A stretch of 63,255 nucleotides of DNA, the filler included. It is 5 parts of 5 records of this genome, joined end to end, with 100 filler letters (N's around TTAATTAATTAA, not from the genome) between each part and the next. Parts side by side here need not be neighbours in the genome. Positions count along the whole stretch, not along the records: positions 1 to 13,581 come from SRR20825019_2484; 4 more parts are not named here. One strand, written 5' to 3'. Under the pieces are notes generated by a model. It was not told the DNA's origin. It made no database searches and saw only the letters and a program-made list of their open reading frames with translations. Position 1 is the first letter of the stretch, and every line of letters starts with the position of its first letter. A program made the translations under genes and the position numbers. Positions 1-7,701 of this stretch are shown piece by piece.

Positions 1-231
1 CGCCCCGACCGCGCCATACATGCTGACCAGCGCACATGTTGCCCAGATCAGACCGGCTTCGGGCGGCAACCCGATCAGGCTCATGATGGGGGACAGCAGG
101 TCGGATGCAAAGGCAACCGCGCCGAATTCATCGGCAATCCGCACAATGATCATGACGGGTAACATGACCTTGATCAGTGTGATGAACAAACGCTGGCTGC
201 GGTTTAGCAAATTCAGGAAATAGCGATGCAT
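1..231 (-). CDS. Nucleoside-recognition (Gate) domain membrane protein, 3' end truncated at window edge
   Basis: Manual translation from ATG 231: MHRYFLNLLNRSQRLFITLIKVMLPVMIIVRIADEFG...LSPIMSLIGLPPEAGLIWAT; hydrophobic, with the L.P.M...GLP motif; higher GC than the island that follows. Confidence 0.7.
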   Translation of the reverse strand, partial: MHRYFLNLLNRSQRLFITLIKVMLPVMIIVRIADEFGAVAFASDLLSPIMSLIGLPPEAGLIWATCALVSMYGAVGA

Positions 232-613
232 GGGGCGCGAGGTTCCGGGCTTCTTGGGTGGTACGAAGGGCATATGTGGGGCAGTCATTTAACGATGCGC
301 ATCCTCGCACAGTCGATATATTATTGTGCGGCGAAATCACGTGTTTCCGTGCAATAATAAAGCGTACTTTTATCATACCGCGCTTCGGAGTTGCAGATAT
401 TGGCCGATCTTGACCGTATCGATACCAAAATACTTGGGATATTGCAGATGTCCTTTTCCAAAGATCGTCGAAAAACTAGTAATTTACTCACCGATTTCGA
501 CGGACTCTGAACATTTTTTCGGTGATCTTTGATCATTTCTAACTGGGGCACCTCATTCCATTGTTTCTTATTTGGAACAAGTGGAAATGGTGTCTGTTCG
601 TATTCGGGCATTT

Positions 614-684
614 GATTATTCTATGATACCATAGGTAATCGGTCATTTAACTAAGGCTTGTTTTTTTATAACCATTTGGTTGTC
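614..684. promoter_or_regulatory. Inverted repeats upstream of the recombinase, candidate res subsites
   Basis: GATTATTCTATG-ATAC-CATAGGTAATC (614-640) and AACCA-TT-TGGTT (671-682) directly upstream of the serine recombinase ATG. Confidence 0.35.
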
Positions 685-692
685 GTAATAAA

Positions 693-1601
693 ATGGCGAA
701 AATTGGGTATGCAAGGGTTTCTACTCAGGAACAGTCAATAGAAGGTCAGATTGATATGTTGGTTGAAGCCGGTTGCACTAAAATTTTTCAAGAGAAGGTT
801 TCAGGTATCCGGTGGGATCGCCCAGAGCTGGACAAAGCACTTGCGGCTCTTAAGTCAGGTGATGAATTTGTCGTGTACAAGTTAGATCGGCTAGGTCGTT
901 CGGTCCTGGATTTGCTTAATTTAATTTTCAAGTTGACGGATGAGGGGAAGCACTTCGTGAGTCTCTCAGATGCAATTGATACCTCAAGCCCGCAGGGAAA
1001 GTTTACACTTCATATGCTTGGAGCTGTGGCAGAGTTCGAGAGATCGCTTATTGTACAGAGGACTCGGGTTGGTCTGGCTAAGGCTAGAAAAGCCGGTCGG
1101 ATAGGTGGAAACCCCAAACTAAAGGCTCGAGATCCGGAATCGTTGAGGTTGCTGAGTGAAAGACTAAAGATCAATTATTTTGAGAAGATCAATAAGTCGG
1201 CTCGTATTTGGCTCCCTATTGTTAGAAAGCATAGGCCATCTAAAAAATGGTCTATCGTGACCAAGATGGTCAATGTTGAACAAAAAAAACAAAATGAAGA
1301 ACTTTGGACAGAGAAACGGCTGAAGCGGGCAGTTAAGCATTTCATTAAAGAGGGAATGCTGGATGCGGCAGTTCTTGAAAGAGCCCCGAGAGAGGAGGGC
1401 GAAGGTCCGTCAGGCGCTACACTGCTTGTTGCTGGCTTGGTATCTGCAAAGCCTAATATAACGCTGTTGGAGCTAAAGAAGCATCTCGATGCGTCGTCGA
1501 TGTCACCCAAGAGAAGTCGGGACGGGTGGGCTCTCTCATCGGTCCGTCAAGAGGTGATGAAGGCACTTGATGCGGGGCTTCTCGTGAGGTGGAAAGCTTA
1601 A
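693..1601 (+). CDS. Serine recombinase (resolvase/invertase family) with long C-terminal extension
   Basis: GYARVST (catalytic Ser), VYKLDRLGRS, AEFERSLIVQRTRVGL; the C-terminal extension resembles alphaproteobacterial plasmid recombinases. Confidence 0.93.
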   Translation: MAKIGYARVSTQEQSIEGQIDMLVEAGCTKIFQEKVSGIRWDRPELDKALAALKSGDEFVVYKLDRLGRSVLDLLNLIFKLTDEGKHFVSLSDAIDTSSPQGKFTLHMLGAVAEFERSLIVQRTRVGLAKARKAGRIGGNPKLKARDPESLRLLSERLKINYFEKINKSARIWLPIVRKHRPSKKWSIVTKMVNVEQKKQNEELWTEKRLKRAVKHFIKEGMLDAAVLERAPREEGEGPSGATLLVAGLVSAKPNITLLELKKHLDASSMSPKRSRDGWALSSVRQEVMKALDAGLLVRWKA

Positions 1602-1886
1602 GGCTTTCGCCGCGTGGGGTATCAGAAGATGCGAACTTGTTAGTTAAATCAGTTAGTTAGGCTTTGTTGTGGTCGTGCAATATGACAATGCTCTGCTCCA
1701 GTGCTCAAAATGAGGGCAATTCTCTCGGAGAGGAAAATGCCAAACGTTTACAACCGATCAACTAAGCCTGCTTTTCCAGCATCGGCACACACCTCAGTTC
1801 AGGTAAGACTGAATTTGTGATTAATTAAATTAATAAAAAATACGCATTTTTTTGTTGATCCGGATTCCGGAACTTTAGTACAAGCT

Positions 1887-1947
1887 TTCTTGTGAGCTGC
1901 GGGAGCGTTTCCCTCACTTCGGTGAGAAAACCCTGCGGTCAAAGGAA
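1887..1947 (+). ncRNA. Putative structured RNA upstream of the Abi-like gene (candidate antitoxin or leader)
   Basis: Long hairpin capped by CTCAC-TTCG-GTGAG (cUUCGg tetraloop, 1913-1926); lower stem GCTGCGGG(1896-1903)/CCTGCGGT(1932-1939) needs G-U pairs, which favours the + strand; AT-rich promoter-like region with TTGATC at 1855. Confidence 0.55.
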
Positions 1948-1948
1948 T

Positions 1949-1988
1949 AGGAGCGGGTGGCCCTTGTGGTTGCGCCGCTCTTCTTTTT
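1949..1988 (+). terminator. Intrinsic terminator/attenuator between the structured RNA and the Abi gene
   Basis: GAGCGG(1951-1956)/CCGCTC(1975-1980) stem with an upper GTGGCC/GGTTGC stem, followed by TTCTTTTT. Confidence 0.75.
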
Positions 1989-2068
1989 GGGTATCCTTTA
2001 CTACATTAGCTTGCATTAAAGTTGAACTTCTGCTGACTTGTTATCGGAATTGCAACAAGGTCAGCCCC

Positions 2069-2815
2069 GTGAATTTCGAACGCCGCAGCTCAAGATACGA
2101 CATCGACAGAACCGGACAGCCTTTTCAGATTTCGGACAAACCCGACATGGTCGCATTTCTGTCCGAACCGAGATTCCGTGTATATTGTGTCGAAGCGAAG
2201 GGTGATCCCGACCTTGCATTTCGCCTGTATAGATGGAATATCGTGCTGAGCGAGAGTCTGCTAATGCCGTTTCATTTTGTTGAAGTTGGGGTCAGAAATG
2301 CCATGTCCCAACTGCTTTATGATCGCACTGGCGCCAACTGGCCAATGCTGGCACAAGACAAAAAACACTGGCCAAAAGGCCTCAATGGTAATCCGGTTCC
2401 AGCGCTGCATCACAAAGTTCAAGCTGAAATTGAGAAAACGCGCGAAAAACTCGCCAAGCGTAAACGCAGTCTGGAACGTGTCACGCCTGACTGTGTCATT
2501 TCGCAGCTGACATTCGGCTTTTGGGTCAAACTGCTCTCGAGTGATTTTAAGAAATCACTTTGGACCGGGGGAGTGCGAAAACCCGTCTTTCGTCACGCTC
2601 CAGATCATGTGGATCGTGAAGAAGCCTATGCTGCACTTGATGAGCTACGCATCATGCGCAACCGCTTGGCACACCATGAGATCATCTTTACCAAAGGACC
2701 AACCAAAGTATATGAGCGGATCGAAGAGGTTTGCGGTTGGCTTAATCCTGACATCGCACATTTAATCCGGACAACATCTGATTTCCGGAAAGTCCATGGC
2801 GGGCGCCCCACTTAA
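2069..2815 (+). CDS. Abi-like (AbiD/AbiF, Abi_2-type) HEPN RNase
   Basis: LSEPRF..Y....LY.WN..LS....EVGVRNA N-terminal motif, QLTFGFW, and HEPN RxxxxH motif RNRLAHHE. Start moved to GTG 2069 (AAGG at 2057-2060) because the ORF-track start at 1892 runs through the RNA and terminator. Confidence 0.85.
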   Translation: MNFERRSSRYDIDRTGQPFQISDKPDMVAFLSEPRFRVYCVEAKGDPDLAFRLYRWNIVLSESLLMPFHFVEVGVRNAMSQLLYDRTGANWPMLAQDKKHWPKGLNGNPVPALHHKVQAEIEKTREKLAKRKRSLERVTPDCVISQLTFGFWVKLLSSDFKKSLWTGGVRKPVFRHAPDHVDREEAYAALDELRIMRNRLAHHEIIFTKGPTKVYERIEEVCGWLNPDIAHLIRTTSDFRKVHGGRPT

Positions 2816-4014
2816 CACGCCAATTCGTCCTTCGCGAGCAGGTGAGGCAAATGCTCTTTGACCAACCTATGCGTCAACTGTTCCCCGCGCTTTGATAGCT
2901 TTTCAATCCAGACATCCGGCATGGCCGAAAAGTCTGTTGGATATCCGAACACATCTTCACGCGAGACAAAACCCTCCTCATCACATAACCCAGCTTGGTC
3001 CTTCATCCCAAGGTAAGGCATCGCGAACGCCTTAAGCTGACCTGCGGCACGTAGATCAAACAGACGCTTGGTTGCAAAATTCTGGGCTCGGTCGTGGATG
3101 GTTGTGAACGCACTGGCCATTCTTGCCAACATGAACTGGTTTGGAGAATCAAACCTAAGCCCGTAACCCGCGCGACAGCAAATAATGGTATCAATTTTCT
3201 GAGCATTGAGGCTGACACTTGGGTCTCGATCTGGCCACAGAGGCGCCAAGCCCAAGTTATCGTAGACACCACCATCCGTTAGCGTGACACGTTCTTCGCG
3301 ACGCGTACCGTCCCGTTTCTCAAATGCCAATGTTTCATCGAGCGCAGGCAACAAAAGTGGATAGGCAGCTGACGCAGCCACACCGTGCGACACTTTGAGA
3401 TTGTCATCACAAACGCGCCCCAAACGCCAAGAACCACTGTCTCTGTTTGAAAAGTAGAACGCCGAACCCGTCCTCAAGTCTGCAGCATTGGCGATAAAAA
3501 GCGGTCCATCTTTCGGCAAGTCACGAAATTTCCTGCCGCCAAAAACGTCATCGTCAAGTACGCGTCGAAGGATCGTGGTACGACTTGCATAACGTCTCAG
3601 AGGTGCGCGAACAGCGCCAAGCGCCTGAAGCCTAAGTCCGGGCAAAACCCAGGAAATCCCTCGCACGACCACGGCAAACATCATTAGAAAGATATTCACG
3701 CCCAGCAAAAGGAGCGAGCAGATGAATGCGTTTAATCCCTCTAGGCTTGTGAAGGCCTTCTTCACACTTGGCCCCACCAGACCGGCTCTCAGAAAGTCAC
3801 GCGTCTTCTTTTCAAATTGCTCGAATGACCCTTGATGAGTCGCATACAGAGCGCCGACGACACTGCCACCAGAAACTGTCGATATGACACCTACCTTCTC
3901 AAGCACACCAAGATCATGCAATGCACGTAGACATCCGAGGTGAAAAGCAATCGCGCGAGATCCTCCTCCAGACAATGCCAATCCGATCGTCTCGGGCGCT
4001 TCCTTTCTCGACAT
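2812..4014 (-). CDS. Patatin-like phospholipase with an internal transmembrane segment
   Basis: ALSGGGSRA oxyanion loop, STVSGGS nucleophile Ser, DGGVYDNLG catalytic Asp; hydrophobic insert LNAFICSLLLLGVNIFLMMFAVVV; AGGAG RBS. Confidence 0.92.
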   Translation of the reverse strand: MSRKEAPETIGLALSGGGSRAIAFHLGCLRALHDLGVLEKVGVISTVSGGSVVGALYATHQGSFEQFEKKTRDFLRAGLVGPSVKKAFTSLEGLNAFICSLLLLGVNIFLMMFAVVVRGISWVLPGLRLQALGAVRAPLRRYASRTTILRRVLDDDVFGGRKFRDLPKDGPLFIANAADLRTGSAFYFSNRDSGSWRLGRVCDDNLKVSHGVAASAAYPLLLPALDETLAFEKRDGTRREERVTLTDGGVYDNLGLAPLWPDRDPSVSLNAQKIDTIICCRAGYGLRFDSPNQFMLARMASAFTTIHDRAQNFATKRLFDLRAAGQLKAFAMPYLGMKDQAGLCDEEGFVSREDVFGYPTDFSAMPDVWIEKLSKRGEQLTHRLVKEHLPHLLAKDELAC

Positions 4015-4031
4015 AATGGTCTACAGCTCCT

Positions 4032-6302
4032 TCAGCAGGAAAATTGCTCAAGTCTGGAGGCTTCTTCTCCGACGAAGATAACGCGAATATTCTCTTCACC
4101 GACGATCAGCATCAAACAAGGAAGTCGGTCCATATCAAACAAACTGGCCAACCAATCCAGTTGCTCCATATCAAGTGCGCTGGGCGCAGTTCCCACCCCG
4201 TCAGGATGTGAGTGCCACTCGCCGACATATCTGATCTGCTTGCCTGACCGTTCGCGAACAGCATTTAGTTCAGCCTCGACACCATGCCGCCCCCGGGTGA
4301 ATCGACTTGGAGAACTCTGGCTATCCGAGGGTGCTGCAGAGGCGCCGACAATATGAATTGACTGGTGCAAGATATCGACGAGACCGGTCATATAGCCGCC
4401 AGTTTCGTTTGGCAGGTGCGCGGCACGTTGCTTCAACAAGTGGCTCTTCAGACCTTCGTCAACAGAAATGGTCCAACCGGATTGCGTCCGGAACTGCTCA
4501 ATTGGTGTAACATCAGGGATATCCACGCGCACACCACCACCTTCAGACATCGACCAAATCTTGATCACCGATACAGACTCATCAAGAGCGTGGTCCAGGC
4601 CATGCGAAATCAGGCCACTCAATGCCATAACGTTGCTTTCGGGAATCCTGCTGGTGATCGCCCGACACGCGCCAGTATATGTGTATTTTCCTGTCGGCGG
4701 CGCCATGTGATTTTTCAGTGCCCCGTCGCTTGCTACGATAGCGAGATATCTTGCTTCCAGATCACGCAAACGGATCGACCGATCACTTGGCTCAATCAGC
4801 AAGACGCCAGCAGTTCCGGCTGGGTTGAAAAACACACTGGCTCTTCTGGCTTTGCTTCGGTGATCAGATAAAAATCTGGCCGCACTCACAGACGCCGTTG
4901 CATCAATAACGATGTCTGCGAAATCCAAACACTCATCAATTTGCGTCCTCAGAGCAGGATCTTTGGTTTCGATATCCGCAACAATCGCCTTTGAGGTACA
5001 GCCTTGCAAAACACCAAACACTCTTTGCGCCGCAATATTGGCTTTGTGTTTACCAACATCGTCCCTGAGAGCGGTATGGCGCGCAAGGTTATGTGGCAAC
5101 AGAAGATCGTCATCTATAATCGAGAATTCGTATCCGCCTTGACGTGCGAGAACGTCAAGCACATGAGATCCGATGGCACCCGCGCCGACCACAACCACTT
5201 TGCGCAGTTCGCGCTCAGCTTTTCCTGACATTGTTGTCGCCAGTTCATGATCAAGCTCGAACTGTAACTCGCATGGTGCAAGGTCGACTGTTTCAAGAGC
5301 AGCTCTATTGCTTTCCTGCCGCCCAACGTTTTTCGTATAACCTACTTTGCTTCCATGCGCCTTATCTGCTGCGTAGGCTAAACCGAGATAAACAGCGATA
5401 TCCCCCGCTCGATGAGAGCCAATAAATGCCCGACGGTCGACGATCACCTCGTTCGTCGGTGATTGGATCGGAGTTTCTAATATAACAACAAATCGGCTAT
5501 TCAGTCTTTTAGCTGCTTCAGCACCACTAGCGAGCCAACTTGAGAGTTTGGCCGCAAGCGCTGTGCCCAAATCTCCGCCGGCCCGCGAAACCGTCTCAAT
5601 CAATTGGGTCAGGTTTCGTGGTGCATGGGTCATCCGCCGCATCGGCTGTTCAGGTAATCGATAGCTTACGATGCTCAATGAATTGCCATGAGAGGGCTCT
5701 GACGGAATTTCGCGCTCTTGGATCAGCCGAAAAACCGGCAAATCTGCATTGAGCGAAATTCCTACCAATTCTGTCTCTGAAACAGTCTCAAGCAACTTCC
5801 GATCAGTTATTAACGTTGCGACATTGCCGAACATGTTTGGATCAATCGGCTGCATGATGTCATGCAGCTCATTGTGCGCAGCACGCTTAAACCAGCTTAG
5901 AATCCGGCTCAGAAGTTCCGCCGGCGTCCAGGTTAGACGCGCGTCGGCCCAATGCCGATCATCAACACAAATCGCCCGAGGCAAACCTTCCGGTGTCACC
6001 AAGAGATGAGGCGTTTCAGGAAAATCGTCGCGCAGGACCCAAACAATCGGATGAGCATCTTCTTGACGAAATAAGATGGCCAATCGTTCAACGAGCCTGA
6101 ATGGGTAATGGCTTTTTTGTGGGCGGCCGGTTTCAAGGTCTATAACCACATATGTGCCATCATCATTCTGCCGCAGTTCAATCACTTGCGCAGCCTGCTC
6201 GGCATGCTTTGTGACATAGCGGATGAAAGCGCGTGCTGGATGGTTTTGAACGTCAGCTTCAGAAATCTTGGCGGCTTGGTCGAGCCAAGCGTCGAACTCC
6301 AT
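4032..6302 (-). CDS. Fused prokaryotic E2 - E1 (ThiF) - JAB protein (Cap2-Cap3-like)
   Basis: E2: FPETPHL...RAICV; E1: VVVGAGAIGS, DDDLLLPHNLARH, candidate catalytic Cys in YTGACRAIT; JAB: NETGG...YVGEWHSHP...PSALD. ATG 6302 overlaps the upstream TGA (TGATG). Confidence 0.92.
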   Translation of the reverse strand: MEFDAWLDQAAKISEADVQNHPARAFIRYVTKHAEQAAQVIELRQNDDGTYVVIDLETGRPQKSHYPFRLVERLAILFRQEDAHPIVWVLRDDFPETPHLLVTPEGLPRAICVDDRHWADARLTWTPAELLSRILSWFKRAAHNELHDIMQPIDPNMFGNVATLITDRKLLETVSETELVGISLNADLPVFRLIQEREIPSEPSHGNSLSIVSYRLPEQPMRRMTHAPRNLTQLIETVSRAGGDLGTALAAKLSSWLASGAEAAKRLNSRFVVILETPIQSPTNEVIVDRRAFIGSHRAGDIAVYLGLAYAADKAHGSKVGYTKNVGRQESNRAALETVDLAPCELQFELDHELATTMSGKAERELRKVVVVGAGAIGSHVLDVLARQGGYEFSIIDDDLLLPHNLARHTALRDDVGKHKANIAAQRVFGVLQGCTSKAIVADIETKDPALRTQIDECLDFADIVIDATASVSAARFLSDHRSKARRASVFFNPAGTAGVLLIEPSDRSIRLRDLEARYLAIVASDGALKNHMAPPTGKYTYTGACRAITSRIPESNVMALSGLISHGLDHALDESVSVIKIWSMSEGGGVRVDIPDVTPIEQFRTQSGWTISVDEGLKSHLLKQRAAHLPNETGGYMTGLVDILHQSIHIVGASAAPSDSQSSPSRFTRGRHGVEAELNAVRERSGKQIRYVGEWHSHPDGVGTAPSALDMEQLDWLASLFDMDRLPCLMLIVGEENIRVIFVGEEASRLEQFSC

Positions 6303-7432
6303 CAACCTGCCCTCGGTGTTGAGCCCCCAGCGCCAGACGAAAGCAATGACGCTGCGACGGTCATAGAAAGCCCGCGTTCTGAAATCGTCAGACTGAAAGG
6401 TTTGGGATTTGCCGATGATGGTTGCTCCATCGTGACAATAAATCTGCCATCCTTTTCGGCGCTCACAGCTCTGTGGTAGTTCGCGGCTTGCCGGTGCGGC
6501 GGCTGCACATCCGCATCTTCTTTACTACCACTCAGCGGAATCGGCTTTGAGGGCGAAACAATAAAGCTACCGTCTTCACGCTGCGTTTCATACAGCCACT
6601 TAGTCTCGTGAACCGGTTCAGTCTTGTCTTTCCCGATATCAGGACCGATCGACAGATAGGAGCAGTGATGCGGCAGCTTCAGCAGGTCCCAACGCAAGCG
6701 ATCATCATTCTTACGAGCACGTGTGATGTTGACGATATCTGACAAAGTGTTGTGCTTAACATCAGAGGCAATCAGGAACCGGCTTTCCTGACCATCAATT
6801 TTGAAAGTGGCATGCAGAACAACGGAGTCTTCGTTGCGTTCGATGACAGTGTTCTCGTCTTGACGCCACCCGAATGGGCTATGAACAAAAAATTCCACAC
6901 CTTCTGGGCCGTCACTGCTAAAGTCCGGCACCAACTTGCCGGCATCAACAATCAGGTGTTTTCGCTCTTCATAGTTGATGCCTTCGCGCTTCATCCAAGA
7001 CTTAAGGCGTTCGGGCAGAGAGAAAACGCGAACACCTGAGCCCTGACGCAATCGGTGTCGCGCTTCTTGCCGCACCAGCCGCGAGTCATCAGAAACACCT
7101 TCTTCAAGAATGGCTGCCGCGGGTACCCAGAGCTCGTCAATCTTAACCCGATCGCCGCCCTGATATTTCGCAGCTTGCTCGAGCCAGAAGAAATCCCCGA
7201 ACCCTTTGCAATGGTCCGAATCAATATGCGTGATGCACACCACGTCAAAAAAATTGCGCTTGGCGTCTTCGAGGTCTTTGCGCAACAGGGTGGGCAGATC
7301 GCAGCGTTTGTCGCCCGCTTCACCCGTTCGCATATTGGCAAAATCGATCAAAACTTTACGATCATCCGAGAGATCTATGCGGAGGGTGTCGGCGTTGCCG
7401 AGTGGGAAAAAAGTAACTTTCGCGTTTTTCAT
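6302..7432 (-). CDS. Metallo-beta-lactamase-fold hydrolase (ComEC/Rec2-like) ending in a flexible tail with terminal Gly
   Basis: FFPLGNADT, ITHIDSDH (HxDxDH), LKLPHHCS; C-terminus SSGAGGSTPRAG*. Confidence 0.88.
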   Translation of the reverse strand: MKNAKVTFFPLGNADTLRIDLSDDRKVLIDFANMRTGEAGDKRCDLPTLLRKDLEDAKRNFFDVVCITHIDSDHCKGFGDFFWLEQAAKYQGGDRVKIDELWVPAAAILEEGVSDDSRLVRQEARHRLRQGSGVRVFSLPERLKSWMKREGINYEERKHLIVDAGKLVPDFSSDGPEGVEFFVHSPFGWRQDENTVIERNEDSVVLHATFKIDGQESRFLIASDVKHNTLSDIVNITRARKNDDRLRWDLLKLPHHCSYLSIGPDIGKDKTEPVHETKWLYETQREDGSFIVSPSKPIPLSGSKEDADVQPPHRQAANYHRAVSAEKDGRFIVTMEQPSSANPKPFSLTISERGLSMTVAASLLSSGAGGSTPRAG

Positions 7433-7433
7433 G

Positions 7434-7541
7434 GTTCCTCGCTTCAGCGGCTTATCCGCTGGACAGTGTGTTGTCCGTATGTGCGAAGCAGGAACGATCC
7501 ACCTGAAGACATATCCCGGTTATCCGGTAGAGAAATTCAGG
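7434..7541 (-). promoter_or_regulatory. Structured 5' leader of the MBL operon: three-way junction covering the RBS plus an upstream hairpin
   Basis: Minus strand GTTCCT-GCTTC...GAAGC-G-AGGAAC closes hairpins GGACA/TGTCC and AGCGG/CCGCT; second domain CCTGAA...CCGG-ATAA-CCGG...TTCAGG. Confidence 0.55.
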
Positions 7542-7615
7542 AAAAGGCTACATTAAGCTATCCAATTCGCAGGTCACGGCACGGGTCATTCGATCGCGAG
7601 CCTGGGAGTTTTTGA

Positions 7616-7686
7616 TTGACCCTGACTCATTAATCAGTAAAGTAAGTATATGGATAAATAAACTTTGTCAATAAATAAACTATACT
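7616..7686. promoter_or_regulatory. Overlapping promoters for the divergent genes, with candidate WYL-regulator operator
   Basis: Perfect TTGACA on minus (7666-7671) flanked by direct repeats ATAAATAAACT (7654-7664, 7671-7681); inverted AGTATA(7645)/TATACT(7681); plus-strand TTGACC(7616)-16nt-TAAAGT. Confidence 0.55.
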
Positions 7687-7701
7687 CATATGGAGAATCT
7701 C

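Noticed and set aside
128-611. Short ORFs 128-376, 321-611 and 326-532
   Set aside because: No recognisable motifs; AT-rich island boundary sequence.
1892-2068. N-terminal 59 aa of the 307-aa Abi ORF
   Set aside because: Overlaps the hairpin RNA and terminator and has no family resemblance; GTG 2069 or ATG 2147 is more likely.
2812-7432. Calling the operon canonical CBASS, Pycsar or Bil
   Set aside because: No CD-NTase or cyclase motif and no ubiquitin-fold gene is visible; the first gene is an MBL hydrolase.
7434-7495. Hammerhead ribozyme or tRNA reading of the three-way junction
   Set aside because: No CUGANGA/GAAA core and no T-loop, D-loop or CCA features on either strand.
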